A stretch of 64,000 nucleotides of DNA from Mesorhizobium sp. (GCA_051860465.1 JBHYDY010000008.1:35876-99875), one strand, 5' to 3'. Shown: positions 8,409 through 18,854, counted from the first letter of the stretch. The notes: generated by a model from the letters alone, not told the origin. Numbers and translations: made by a program.

Positions 8409-10163
8409 TCAAGTCTCCTTTCGCTTCTTCCGCTTCTTGGTGGCGGAAGCGTCGTTGATCTTGTCCGATTTCTTCGGCCGCCCAGCCTTGACCGGCTCGG
8501 CGGGCCGCGAAACCGCATCGCCGTCAGATGATCTTCCCGGATCGGGCGATTGCCGCGGCGTGGCCGCGGCAGCGGACGGAGCCGATGCGGCGGGGATGGT
8601 GAAGGCGACCAGCGCCTTGCGCCGCTCGGCCACGTACGCGGCCTGGATCGCGGCGGCCCGGGCGGCCAGTCCGGCCGGATCCGGCAGGATCACGCGCGGC
8701 GCGGGCGCACCGACCCGTGGCGTCGTCTCGTCGTCGACATCGAGACCGGCGCTGTTGTGGCCGATCAGCCCGTGGCTGCCATTGTGCCCGTTGCCATTCG
8801 CCTCGCCTGTGCCAACCGTCGAGACTGGGGCGACGTCGGCCCGGCGCGACTGGAAGGCCGAAGGCGTCGGCGACGCCTTGCGGCGGGCCTCCACATGGGC
8901 GGAAAGCTGCTCGCCGGCGGCCTTTGCCAGCATGGATGCGTCCCTGACCAGACGACGCAGCTCCGATGGCTGCGACCGGCCCTCCGGCCCGCGTTCGAGT
9001 TCGGCATCGAGCCGAGCCCAGGCGTCGGCACCGGCTCCCGCGTCATATCGGCCCTCGAAAGCGCTCGGCTGGCGGGATCGGCTCCGCAGGGCGCGAACGT
9101 AGGCAGCCTGAATGCGCGCAGCGCGTGCGGCGAAGAGTTCGGCATCGAGTGCGAGGCGGCTGGCGTCGCGCGCCACGGGGCGGGCGGGCGTCGCGATCGG
9201 CTGCGCCTGGGCGAGGTCGGCCCATGGATCCGTCCCGGCCTTCGGATCGTAGCGCCCGGCGAAGGCGCTCGGCACGACCGCGTCGCGACGCAGCGCCCGC
9301 ACGAAAGCGGCCTGGACGCGTCCTGCCCGCCCGGCCATGTCGCCGAAGGCGCCGCGCCAGGCGGCGGGATCGAGCGGCAGCTTCAGCGCGGGCGGCAGCT
9401 TGATCGACGGCAGCAGGCCGGACGCCGCGGCGGCGGGCTTCGGCGAGGCCTTCGCGCCGCCGCCCAGATAGGCATTGACGACGGCCGGGTCGGTGGCGAG
9501 ATCGGTGGCGCGTCCCTCGCCCGTGACAAGGCCGTTCTCGATCAGCACGCCGCGGTCGGCGATGGCGAGGCTCTGGCGGGCGTTCTGCTCGACCATGAGG
9601 ATGCCGACGCCGGTCGCGGCGACCTCCTTCAAGGAGCGGAACAGTTCCTTCGTCAGCAGCGGCGAAAGGCCAAGCGACGGTTCGTCGAGCATCAGGATGT
9701 CGGGCTTCGACATCAACGCACGGCCGATCGCCACCATCTGCTGCTCGCCGCCCGACATGGTGCGCGCGATCTGGCGCTTGCGCTCGGCGAGCCGCGGAAA
9801 CAGCCGGTAGATCAGGTCCAGCGTCTCGTGCTCATGGCGCCTGGCGCGGTTGGCGAAGGCGCCGAGCTGCAGGTTCTCTGCCACGGTAAGGTCGCCGAAG
9901 ATGCCGCGGCCTTCGGGCACCAGAGCGATCCCCTCCTCGACGATCCTGTGCGGCTTCATGCCGGCGATGACCCGGCCGTTCATCGCCACCTGCGCGCCGG
10001 CTTCAGGCTTGACCAGGCCGGCGATGGTCTTGAGCAGCGTCGACTTGCCGGCGCCGTTGGCGCCCAGGATGACGCAGATTTCCCCCTTGGAGACCTTGAC
10101 GCCGACGCCTTCAAGCGCGCGGTGACGGCCATAGCTGACGGAGAGGGCTTTCACCTCAAGCAT
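8409..10163 (-). CDS. Branched-chain-amino-acid-type ABC ATPase (LivF-like) with ~350-aa C-terminal repeat extension
   Basis: aa 1-234 form a complete LivF-like domain (GANGAGKST, MSGGEQQM, ILMLDEPS, ...NAYLGG). The ORF then continues uninterrupted to 3 nt before the downstream ALDH start. Confidence 0.8.
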   Translation of the reverse strand: MLEVKALSVSYGRHRALEGVGVKVSKGEICVILGANGAGKSTLLKTIAGLVKPEAGAQVAMNGRVIAGMKPHRIVEEGIALVPEGRGIFGDLTVAENLQLGAFANRARRHEHETLDLIYRLFPRLAERKRQIARTMSGGEQQMVAIGRALMSKPDILMLDEPSLGLSPLLTKELFRSLKEVAATGVGILMVEQNARQSLAIADRGVLIENGLVTGEGRATDLATDPAVVNAYLGGGAKASPKPAAAASGLLPSIKLPPALKLPLDPAAWRGAFGDMAGRAGRVQAAFVRALRRDAVVPSAFAGRYDPKAGTDPWADLAQAQPIATPARPVARDASRLALDAELFAARAARIQAAYVRALRSRSRQPSAFEGRYDAGAGADAWARLDAELERGPEGRSQPSELRRLVRDASMLAKAAGEQLSAHVEARRKASPTPSAFQSRRADVAPVSTVGTGEANGNGHNGSHGLIGHNSAGLDVDDETTPRVGAPAPRVILPDPAGLAARAAAIQAAYVAERRKALVAFTIPAASAPSAAAATPRQSPDPGRSSDGDAVSRPAEPVKAGRPKKSDKINDASATKKRKKRKET

Positions 10164-10884
10164 CGTCGTCTCCCAGATAGGCGCGCACCACCTCCGGATC
10201 GGACAGCGTTTCGGCGACGCCGCCCTCGGCGATCATCTTGCCCGAACTCATGACCACGCAGCGGTCGCAGAGCGAACGGATCGCGTCCATCACGTGCTCG
10301 ACCATGACGATGGTGCGGCCTTCGTGGCGTAGCTCGTCGATCAGCGCGATGCCGATCTGGAGTTCGCTCGGGTTCAGGCCGGCCAGCCATTCGTCAAGCA
10401 GGAGCACGCGCGGATTGGCGGCGAGAGCGCGGGCGAGTTCGACCCGCTTCTGGTCGATATAGGTCATGGCGGCAACCGGCATGTGGGCGCGATCACCCAG
10501 GCCGACGCGTTCGAGCAGCACGCGGGCGACGCGGCGGGCATCCCCGCCCCAGAGCCGGACATGGCCGAAGACGGCGCCCGACATGACGTTTTCCTCGGCA
10601 TCGAGCGAGGGCAGCACGCGCACCAGCTGGAAGGTGCGCGACACGCCCTGCCTGGCGATCGCATGCGCCGGCAGACCGGAAATGCGCTTGCCGTCGAGCA
10701 GGATCTCGCCAGCCGTCGGCGGAAGCGCGCCGGAGATCAGGTTCAGCATCGTCGTCTTGCCGGAGCCGTTCGGTCCGATCAGGCCGAGCAGTTCGCCCTG
10801 CTTGACCTCGAAGGACACGTCGTTCACCGCGACCAGACCGCCGAAGGCCTTTCGCGCGGCGCGGATGGAAAGCGCGGCGGTCAT
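10156..10884 (-). CDS. Branched-chain-amino-acid-type ABC ATPase (LivG-like)
   Basis: GPNGSGKTT Walker A and LLLDEWLAGL Walker B-like motifs. Overlaps both neighbouring genes. Confidence 0.9.
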   Translation of the reverse strand: MTAALSIRAARKAFGGLVAVNDVSFEVKQGELLGLIGPNGSGKTTMLNLISGALPPTAGEILLDGKRISGLPAHAIARQGVSRTFQLVRVLPSLDAEENVMSGAVFGHVRLWGGDARRVARVLLERVGLGDRAHMPVAAMTYIDQKRVELARALAANPRVLLLDEWLAGLNPSELQIGIALIDELRHEGRTIVMVEHVMDAIRSLCDRCVVMSSGKMIAEGGVAETLSDPEVVRAYLGDDDA

Positions 10885-11843
10885 GCCGGTTTCTCCTCGG
10901 CGACCGTCTCCGAGCGCTTCTTCCAGCGCTCGCGCATCTGCTCGAGCAGGCCGGTCACGCCGTGCGGGATCAGGTAGACGACCGCCAGGAAGGCGAGGCC
11001 GACCACGATCATCGTGTGGTTGGGGAAATTGGAGGAGATGAAATCCATCACGATGGTGAAGGGGATCACGCCGACGAGCGGTCCCCAGAGCCGCTTGGTG
11101 CCGCCGAGCAGCGCCATGATGACGACGAGGAAGGAGATCATCGGATTGAAGGCCGACGGCGGCTCGATATAGATGTAGCGCGGCGCGGTGATGGCGCCGG
11201 CAATGGCGATGAAGGCGCCCGAGATCATGAACAGGATGATCTTCGACCGCGCGGTATCGATGCCGACGTGGCGGGCGACCGTCTCGTCGTTGCCGATGAC
11301 GGTCATGGCGAAGCCCAGTCTCGATCGGGCGATCAGGAAGCTGGTCAGGAACACCACGCCGGTCAGCGCCAGGAGCATCCAGTAGATGTGGCTCTCGGTC
11401 ATCTCCGTGAACACATAGAGGCCCATGGCGGTCGAAAACTTGGTCTGCGTCCAGGTGACGAGCTGGCGGACCAGTTCGGCCAGGCCAAAGGTGAAGATGA
11501 CGAAGTAGACGCCCGAGATGCGCAGCGTCGCCGCGCCCACCAGCCCGGCCATGATGGCGCCGACGCCGGCGGCGATCACAAGCAGCAGCGGATAGGGCAG
11601 CACCTCGATGCCAAGCCCGACCGAATAGGTGCCGAGGCCGTAGAAGGCGGCGGTGGCCAGCGAGACATAATGCGTCGGGCCGGAAAACAGCGCCCAGGAC
11701 GTGCAGAGCGCCGCGTAGAGCACGATGTTGACCGAGATCGACAGGTAGAAGCCGTCGTCGAACAGCGGCAGCAGCGCCGCGACCGCGATCAGCACCGCGC
11801 CGAGCGCGACGCTTCGCGTTTCCTGCGAGGTCAGGCCCATCAT
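10881..11843 (-). CDS. ABC permease (LivM-like)
   Basis: Multi-pass hydrophobic protein. The chosen ATGATG start overlaps the upstream stop (ATGA); the longer track ORF upstream is Arg/Gly-rich shadow sequence. Confidence 0.85.
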   Translation of the reverse strand: MMGLTSQETRSVALGAVLIAVAALLPLFDDGFYLSISVNIVLYAALCTSWALFSGPTHYVSLATAAFYGLGTYSVGLGIEVLPYPLLLVIAAGVGAIMAGLVGAATLRISGVYFVIFTFGLAELVRQLVTWTQTKFSTAMGLYVFTEMTESHIYWMLLALTGVVFLTSFLIARSRLGFAMTVIGNDETVARHVGIDTARSKIILFMISGAFIAIAGAITAPRYIYIEPPSAFNPMISFLVVIMALLGGTKRLWGPLVGVIPFTIVMDFISSNFPNHTMIVVGLAFLAVVYLIPHGVTGLLEQMRERWKKRSETVAEEKPA

Positions 11844-12706
11844 GTCTGCGCCCTCCCGAAGATGCCCTGCGGCCGGAAGAGCAGCACGAGGATGAAGAGC
11901 CCGTAAGTCGCGGCCAGCGTCAGGCCCGGATCGATGACGCTGGCGACGAAGGTTTCGGAGATGCCGAGGATCAGGGCAGCCAGCACCGCGCCGCGCACGT
12001 CTCCCACGCCGCCCATGATGACGATGATCAGGGCCTTCATCGTGAAGATGACGCCCATCGAGGCGTTGAAGGTATAGAATGTGGACAGCAGCGCCCCGCC
12101 GCAGGCCGTGAGCGCTCCCCCGAGCGCGAAGGCGAAGGCGGCCGTGCGGGCGACGTCGATCGCCACGAGATTGGCCGAGGTCGGGTCGACGGCAACGGCG
12201 CGCAGGGCCGTGCCCTGGCGGGTGCGATAGAGGAAGAACCACAGCCCGACCGCGATGATGGCGGCCGCCACGAAGGCGACGACGCGGTTCAGACCATAGG
12301 AATTTCCGAAGATGTCGAAGCGCTCTGCCAGGAAGGTGTAGGAGCGATACTCGCCGCCGAAGAAGAGGATCATCAGGCCCTGCATCAGGAACAGCAGGCC
12401 GAAGGTGGCAAGGATGGAATCCACCTCGAGCTGGCCGCGGTTCTTGGCCCGCGTGACCAGCGGCCGCAGCGCGAACGCGTAGATGCCCCAGTTGATGGCG
12501 AAGGCCGCGGGCGCGATTATCAGCAGGCCGACCAGCGGATTGATCGCGAAGCCGGTGTAGAGCCAGAAGGCCACGAAACAGGCAGCGACCAGTGTCTCGC
12601 CATTGCTGAGGTTCATGATGCGGGCAACGCCGTATTGCAGCGTGAGACCCAGCGCCACGAGGGCGTAGGTTCCGCTGAGCAGGATGCCGGTGACGATGAT
12701 GTTCAT
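11840..12706 (-). CDS. ABC permease (LivH-like)
   Basis: Starts MNIIVTGILLSGTYALVALGLTLQYG, a typical LivH N-terminus. Hydrophobic throughout. Confidence 0.85.
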   Translation of the reverse strand: MNIIVTGILLSGTYALVALGLTLQYGVARIMNLSNGETLVAACFVAFWLYTGFAINPLVGLLIIAPAAFAINWGIYAFALRPLVTRAKNRGQLEVDSILATFGLLFLMQGLMILFFGGEYRSYTFLAERFDIFGNSYGLNRVVAFVAAAIIAVGLWFFLYRTRQGTALRAVAVDPTSANLVAIDVARTAAFAFALGGALTACGGALLSTFYTFNASMGVIFTMKALIIVIMGGVGDVRGAVLAALILGISETFVASVIDPGLTLAATYGLFILVLLFRPQGIFGRAQT

Positions 12707-12828
12707 CTGCGTGCGATCTGGTCCTGATTGAAAGTCCGGGCGGGGACTGCCCCCCGCAGTCCCCGCCCGTAGCCCGCCCCCTCGCCTCATGACCTCAGGA
12801 TTGGGCGATGATGGTCGACCTCAGACCA

Positions 12829-14025
12829 TTACTGCCAGGCCGGCTTCTTCACCGGATCGCCGGCAACCGGCAGACCATCGGCCGCGACGGCCTTGAAGAT
12901 GCCGTCGTCCCACTGGCCGACCGTCCAGACGTTCCGGTTGACGTTTTCGGGCATCGAGATCTGGCCGATGATGGTGTCGAAGGTGCCGGTGCGGATCGCC
13001 TCCACCACGGCGGCCTTGTCGAGCGTACCGGCCTTTTCGATCGCCTGGCCGAGCACCTGGAGTCCGGCATAGGTGGTCGCAGACGCCCAGTAATCAGGGG
13101 TCGCACCCGTCACTTCCTGGTGCTTGGCAAGGTAGGCCTTGACGGCCTCGTCCTCGGAGTTGACGCCGCCAATGCCCAGGATGCCGTTCGCGGCTTCCTT
13201 GAAGCGGCCGGCGAAGGCCGGGAACGCCGTGCCGACGCCGGTGTAGAAGGCGCCGACGTCGAGGCCCTGCACCTGCGCCTGCTCGGTGAGCGCGAAGGTG
13301 TCGCCCGGATAGGAGAAGGCCACGAACGCATCGGGCGCAGCCGCCTTGGCGCCGCTGATGACGGGCGCGAGGTCCTGCGTGCCGAGCGGGTAGGAGCTCT
13401 CGTAGACGATCTCGAACCCGGCCGCGGCGAGTGCCGGCTTGGCCGCCCCGACGAGTTCCAGGCCGAAGGCGTCGGCGACGTTGACCAGCGCCACCTTGTT
13501 GCCGATCGAGCCGCCATCCTTGAGCTTGGTCAGCGCCTGCACCACGCCGTTGGCGAGCTGGCTCGACGTTCCGAGCATCCAGAACGAGTTCGGCCAGCGC
13601 TTGGCGAACTCGGTCACGCCGTCGGTGGCCGCGCTGGTCGTGATGTGCGGATAGCCATAGCGCGCGATGATCGGCGCGGTGGCGATGTTGAGGCCCGTGG
13701 AATAGGGCGTGACGATGAAGTCGACCTTGTCGACGGTGGCGAGACGCTGGATGTTCTTGATCGCCTCCTCGCCATTGGTCTTGTCGTCGTACTCGACGAG
13801 TTCGACCTTCATCTGCTTGTCGCCGACCTTGAGGCCGCCGGCATCGTTCACCTCCTTCATCCAGAGCTGGATGTTGGGCCAGTGGGTGACGGCAGCGCCG
13901 CCGGCGAGCGGACCCGATTTCGGCGCGCTGGCCCCGAGCCGGATCACGTCCTGCGCGAAGGCCGGCGCTCCGGCCACGATTGCCGCCGCGGATGCGGCCA
14001 GCGCTATGAATGTACGTCTCAGCAT
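12829..14025 (-). CDS. Periplasmic substrate-binding protein (Leu/Ile/Val-binding family)
   Basis: Signal peptide MLRRTFIALAASAAAIVAGAPAFAQ, then a type-1 periplasmic-binding-fold pattern. Sits in the operon with the Liv-type permeases. Confidence 0.88.
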   Translation of the reverse strand: MLRRTFIALAASAAAIVAGAPAFAQDVIRLGASAPKSGPLAGGAAVTHWPNIQLWMKEVNDAGGLKVGDKQMKVELVEYDDKTNGEEAIKNIQRLATVDKVDFIVTPYSTGLNIATAPIIARYGYPHITTSAATDGVTEFAKRWPNSFWMLGTSSQLANGVVQALTKLKDGGSIGNKVALVNVADAFGLELVGAAKPALAAAGFEIVYESSYPLGTQDLAPVISGAKAAAPDAFVAFSYPGDTFALTEQAQVQGLDVGAFYTGVGTAFPAFAGRFKEAANGILGIGGVNSEDEAVKAYLAKHQEVTGATPDYWASATTYAGLQVLGQAIEKAGTLDKAAVVEAIRTGTFDTIIGQISMPENVNRNVWTVGQWDDGIFKAVAADGLPVAGDPVKKPAWQ

Positions 14026-14085
14026 GGTTTCCTCCCTGATGCCGTTCAGTCGTTGCTTGATAGGTCGCCCCCCGGATGTTTTCCG

Positions 14086-15549
14086 TCAGGCGAAGTGGAT
14101 GGTCTTCGTCTCCACATAGTTGTCGAGCCCCTCGGGCCCGCCCTCGCGTCCCATGCCGGACTGCTTGAAGCCGCCGAAGGGATGCTTGGGGTCGACGATC
14201 ATGCCATTGACGGTCACGCTGCCGGTGCGCATGCGCCGCGCCATGCGATAGCCGCGCTCGGGATCGGTCGTGTAGACGGCGCCGCTCAGCCCGAAGGCGG
14301 AGTTGTTTGCCTTGTCGGCGGCGTCGTCCTCGTCGCGATAGGTGAGCACCGAAACGACCGGCCCGAAGATTTCCTCCTGGACGATCTTCATGTGCGGCGT
14401 GACGTCGGTGAAAACCGTCGGCTCGACGTAGAAGCCCTTGTCCAGCCCGCGCGGCCGGCCACCGCCGCACGCGACGCGGGCGCCTTCGGCCCGGCCGGTG
14501 GCGATGTAGCCTTCGACGCGGGCGCGCTGGCGGGCCATCGTCAGCGGACCCATCTGGGTGGCGGGATCGAACGGATCCCCGACCTTGATGCCGGAGACGG
14601 CGCCTAGATAGAGATCGAGGAATTCCTTCTCGCGCTTTTCGGGCACCAGGATGCGGGTGAGCGAGAAGCAGACCTGGCCGGTGATCGGCATGGTGTAGAC
14701 CATCAGGCTCGGAAGCGCGGCCTTGAAGTCGGCATCATCGAGCAGGATGGCGGCCGACTTGCCGCCCAGTTCCAGGCTGACGCGGGCCAGGCGCTCGGCG
14801 CAGACAGCCGCGATATGCTTGCCCGCGGCCGTCGACCCGGTGAAGGCAACCTTGTCGATGCCCTTGTGCCGCACGAGATAGTCGCCGCCCTCCCGGCCGG
14901 CCGGAACGATGTTGAACACGCCCTCGGGCAGCCCAGCCTGCTCGATGCATTCGGCCAGGATATAGGCTTCGAGCGGGGTCTCCGGCGAGGGCTTCGCGAC
15001 CATGGTGCAGCCCGCCGCAAGTCCGGCAGCGATCTTGTAGCTCAGCAGCACCAGCGGCGCGTTCCATGGCGTGATCGCGGCGCAAACGCCCACGGGCTCC
15101 TTGACGACGCGCACCCGGCCGCCGTCGTCGCGCTTGCGCTCGTCGACGAAGGGATATTTCTCGATCAGGTCGGCATAGTAGTTGAACAGCGTCGGGTTCT
15201 GGCCGACGAGCTTCTTGGTCAGCGATATCGGCGCGCCGACCTGCAGGGTCCAGGCATGGGCGATCTCGTCGAGGCGGGCGGTGAGCAGGTCGGCCACCTT
15301 GCGCAGGTAGCGGGCCCGCTCGGCCGGGGCCATGCGCGGCCAGGGGCCGTTGTCGAAGGCGGCGCGCGCCGCGGCCACCGCGCGGTCGATATCCGCGGGC
15401 CCGGCTTCGGGATAGGTAATCAGCAGTTCCTCGGTCGTCGGCGAAACCACCTTCAGGGTCTGGCGCGAGATCGGTTCGACCCAGCGACCACCGATGAAGA
15501 AGCGTTCCGGCGCCTTCGGCGCGGCCGGGGGCCTGTACATCACGTTCAT
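14086..15549 (-). CDS. NAD(P)-dependent aldehyde dehydrogenase
   Basis: ELGGKSAAI and catalytic-Cys segment TGQVCFSLTRIL. Start placed at MNVMYRPP; the upstream part of the track ORF has no ALDH similarity. Confidence 0.9.
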   Translation of the reverse strand: MNVMYRPPAAPKAPERFFIGGRWVEPISRQTLKVVSPTTEELLITYPEAGPADIDRAVAAARAAFDNGPWPRMAPAERARYLRKVADLLTARLDEIAHAWTLQVGAPISLTKKLVGQNPTLFNYYADLIEKYPFVDERKRDDGGRVRVVKEPVGVCAAITPWNAPLVLLSYKIAAGLAAGCTMVAKPSPETPLEAYILAECIEQAGLPEGVFNIVPAGREGGDYLVRHKGIDKVAFTGSTAAGKHIAAVCAERLARVSLELGGKSAAILLDDADFKAALPSLMVYTMPITGQVCFSLTRILVPEKREKEFLDLYLGAVSGIKVGDPFDPATQMGPLTMARQRARVEGYIATGRAEGARVACGGGRPRGLDKGFYVEPTVFTDVTPHMKIVQEEIFGPVVSVLTYRDEDDAADKANNSAFGLSGAVYTTDPERGYRMARRMRTGSVTVNGMIVDPKHPFGGFKQSGMGREGGPEGLDNYVETKTIHFA

Positions 15550-15910
15550 GATTTCCCTCCCACGATGAACATCGAGCCGCGGTTGCCTGCGCTCCGGTCG
15601 AACGCCGGACGGCGGCACCGCGATGGTACCGCTCCTTCCCGCCCGCTGGCGTCGATCTGCGACAAGGTAGGATGCGAGAGACCCCTTGTCACGGGGTGGT
15701 TGCAAAAATTGTATACACAGCGTGAATGGACACGGTCCACCTGGCTAGCACCCATCGACAACCCGACGGACGTGCGCGGCTTGCGTGGACGGGCTCGACG
15801 CAGGCGCCTTCGCGGTAACGCCGCCGCTGCCGCCGACAGCGCGCCGGACCCGGTGGCTGTATACACGCCAGTGGACACCGGTGCCTGTTGCCCGGCTTTG
15901 GCCACGGCGT

Positions 15911-17353
15911 TCACAGCAGGTACTCCTGGCTGCCGCTCTGGATGGAGATCCAGCGCAGTTCGGTAAACTCCTCGATGCCGGCACGGCCGCCGAAACGACC
16001 GTAGCCGGAGGACTTCATGCCGCCGAACGGCATCTGCGGTTCATCCTGGATGGTGGCGGCGTTGATGTGACAGATGCCGGTCTCGAGCCTCTCGGCGACG
16101 GCGAGCGCGCGCGTCACGTCGCGCCCGAACACCGCGGCGGCGAGCCCGTACTCGGTATCGTTGGCGATCGAAACCGCCTCGTCGATGTCGCTGAACCGCA
16201 TGATCGAGGCAACGGGGCCGAACGTCTCCTCATAGTAGATGCGCATCGAAGGCGTCAGCCCGTCGAGGATGGTGGCGTCGAGAAACGCGCCGTCGAGGTG
16301 TCCACCGGCGATGAGGCGCGCCCCCTTCGCGACAGCGTCGTCGATCATGGCCCGCACACGCTGCGCCGCCTGCTCGCCGATCATCGGACCGAGCGCACGG
16401 CGCCCCAGGCGCGGATCACCGGCCTTCAGCGAAATGGCCCGCGCCGCGAATTTTTCGAGGAATTCCTCGGCCACGTCCTCATGGACGAGGACACGCTCCG
16501 TCGACATGCAGATCTGACCCTGGTTGAAGAACGCGCCATAGGTTGCCGCCTTGACCGCCTCGTCGATGTCGGCGTCGTCCAGCACGATCAACGGAGCCTT
16601 GCCGCCAAGTTCGAGCAGCACCTTCTTGAGATGCCGGGCGCAGAGTTCGGCGACCACCCGGCCGGCGCGTGTCGAGCCGGTGAACGTCACGCGGCGCACG
16701 GCCGGATGCGCGATCAGGCTCTCGACGATCTCGCCAGCCTCGTCCGCCGCGTTGTGAACGACCGACACGACGCCCACCGGCAAGCCCGCCTCGGCGAAGA
16801 CCTCGCCGATCATCGCGTGGGTCCGCGGACACAATTCGGAGGCCTTGAAGACGACGGTGTTGCCGCAGGCGAGCGGCATCGCGATGCCGCGCACGCCCAG
16901 CACCAGCGGCGCATTCCACGGCGCGAGCGACAGCACGACCCCGCAGGGCCGCCGCACGGCCATAGACAGCGAGCCGGCACGGTCGGAGGGGATCACTTCG
17001 CCGCCGATCTGCGTCGTCATGGCGGCCGCCTCGCGCAGGATCGACGCGGCGAGCTTGCAGTTCAGTTCGGCCCAGGCCGCCGTGCCGCCGATTTCGTCTC
17101 CCATGGCGGCGGCGAACTCGTCGCTCCGTGCGATGAGGATCGACGCGGCGCGTTCGAGCACCGCGCGGCGTTCCGTCGGGAGTGTCCGAGACCAGGCTGG
17201 AAAGGCCGAGGCCGCCACGTTGGCGGCATGGCGGGCATCGCCGACGGATGAGGTCGCAACGCGGCTCACCACATCTCCCGTCACGGGGCTCACCCTTTCC
17301 AGAAAGGCTCCTGGACCCGGTTCGCCGATGATCGCGACCGATGCACCCGCCAC
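15911..17353 (-). CDS. NAD(P)-dependent aldehyde dehydrogenase
   Basis: ELGGKAPLIV and FNQGQICMSTERV. GTG start proposed at 17353 because GGAGG lies 5 nt upstream. The start is uncertain (track ORF extends to 17452). Confidence 0.85.
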   Translation of the reverse strand: MAGASVAIIGEPGPGAFLERVSPVTGDVVSRVATSSVGDARHAANVAASAFPAWSRTLPTERRAVLERAASILIARSDEFAAAMGDEIGGTAAWAELNCKLAASILREAAAMTTQIGGEVIPSDRAGSLSMAVRRPCGVVLSLAPWNAPLVLGVRGIAMPLACGNTVVFKASELCPRTHAMIGEVFAEAGLPVGVVSVVHNAADEAGEIVESLIAHPAVRRVTFTGSTRAGRVVAELCARHLKKVLLELGGKAPLIVLDDADIDEAVKAATYGAFFNQGQICMSTERVLVHEDVAEEFLEKFAARAISLKAGDPRLGRRALGPMIGEQAAQRVRAMIDDAVAKGARLIAGGHLDGAFLDATILDGLTPSMRIYYEETFGPVASIMRFSDIDEAVSIANDTEYGLAAAVFGRDVTRALAVAERLETGICHINAATIQDEPQMPFGGMKSSGYGRFGGRAGIEEFTELRWISIQSGSQEYLL

Positions 17354-17552
17354 ATGTACCTCCCACCACGGCCTCGACCAGGACGCCCTGGCCCGTCGCA
17401 CCGGCTTCCCTTGCGGGCCTCCCGCCGGTGCATAGCGACAAGACAACACCACGGGGCCGGCTTGTAGAAGGTATTTTTCTGGCTATTGTTTGCAAATTTC
17501 CGGTTACCGGAGCCACGCGACCTGGCGCTGAGGCTCTCAGAAGGGACGATCG

Positions 17553-18422
17553 TTGAAAGCGGAGCGCATCGAGAGCAACCTGCAGCGGCGCGTCTGGGCC
17601 TTCAATCGCCGCACCGACCTCGTGGAACGCCAGATCGTGCTCCTCACGGACGGCACCGCGGAAGCGGAAACGGGGAAGGAGCGGCTGGCAATGCAGGCGC
17701 CCGCGCTGTTATGGGCCGGCGACCTTCAGCCCGGGCGACTGATCGTCGAAGCCGGCAGCACGGGATTTCGCGGCCATGTCGGCAACGCGCTGCTGGTCGA
17801 TGCGATCGGCGATCAGGCCGAATCGGTCGATCTGCGTTACCTCGTCGACAGGGATTTCGTCCTGTCGCTCGGCGGTCAGGCCGAGCGGACGGCGGTGGTG
17901 TCGCGCTGTTTCGAAGGCATCCTGTCGGAATTGCGCCAGCCACAGGATGGATCGCCGCTGCTGTTGTCAGCCCTGCTCAGGATCTTGCTGGTGACCATGA
18001 TGCGCCTGTCGGGCGCGCATGAGATCTCGCTCGTCGGCACAGGCGAAAGAGCAGGTCTGCTGCAACGCTTCCGGCAGCTCGTGGAAATGAACTTCCGCAG
18101 CCACTGGCCGATCGCGCGATATGCCGACGCCCTGGGAATCTCGACCGACCGGCTGCACGCGATCTGCACGACGGGCATCGGCAAGACACCGAAAGCGCTG
18201 GTTTCCGAGCGCCTGGCGCACGAGGCCGCCTTGCGGCTCGACCGCTCGGCATTGACCATCCAGCAGATCGGCCACTCGCTGGGCTTTGCCGATCCCGCGC
18301 ATTTCTCCAGCTTCTTCCGGCGGGTGACCGGATCGGCGCCCGGCGCCTACAGGCGCGACCGCGCGCTGGCACGGCAGCAGGGAGACACCGCGCCAAGGAC
18401 GAGTTTCACCGACTGGCCATGA
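17553..18422 (+). CDS. AraC-family transcriptional regulator
   Basis: C-terminal double HTH: IARYADALGISTDRLHAICTT...IQQIGHSLGFADPAHFSSFFRRVTG. TTG start; divergent from the ALDH gene. Confidence 0.88.
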   Translation: MKAERIESNLQRRVWAFNRRTDLVERQIVLLTDGTAEAETGKERLAMQAPALLWAGDLQPGRLIVEAGSTGFRGHVGNALLVDAIGDQAESVDLRYLVDRDFVLSLGGQAERTAVVSRCFEGILSELRQPQDGSPLLLSALLRILLVTMMRLSGAHEISLVGTGERAGLLQRFRQLVEMNFRSHWPIARYADALGISTDRLHAICTTGIGKTPKALVSERLAHEAALRLDRSALTIQQIGHSLGFADPAHFSSFFRRVTGSAPGAYRRDRALARQQGDTAPRTSFTDWP

Positions 18423-18854
18423 TGCCAGACCTTCGTTCAGCGCAATCGCACCACGGCCGGCGCAATGGCGGTTCATCGCCGGGTTCATCGGGAGGCTCGC
18501 CATCGGGCCGAACGACAGCCGGCGGCCGCATGCGGGAGACCGTCGCCCCCTGAAAGGGGCCGGCGCGGGCGGCGTGGCGCGACGGTCGGATTCTTTCACA
18601 TGCGTGAATGATCCCTGCGCATCCGCGATATCGTTGACTTGGTCCTCCCGCGGTTCGATGGTTGCATCGGACGTCGCCAAGGGTGGCCCGGGAGGGTGTC
18701 GCCAAGGCTTGAATTCAATCGAACGCCGGCGATCGCCGGATCGAATCAGACGCGCCGGAACCGACGGGCGGACTGGCCCGCCGTTCCCGATGGTGGAGCG
18801 GCGATCGCCATTCCCCTTCAGGCTCCGGATCGACATGGGGAGGAGAAGGCTGCC

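Noticed and set aside
6567-8531. 654-aa plus-strand ORF
   Set aside because: It lies antisense to a well-supported aldehyde dehydrogenase. The translation is Arg/Gly/Asp/Leu-rich low-complexity sequence typical of shadow frames in high-GC DNA. The same reasoning applies to 12808-14607 (+), 15785-17251 (+), 17967-20435 (-), 33122-35032 (+), 43789-45510 (-), 54923-56470 (-), 56181-57521 (-), 59119-60798 (+) and 62485-63762 (+).
8409-9461. Periodic repeats in this region as a possible CRISPR or non-coding tandem array
   Set aside because: The repeats are degenerate at the DNA level and irregularly spaced. They lie within one continuous reading frame with coding-like third positions, so they are protein repeats in the LivF tail, not a CRISPR array.
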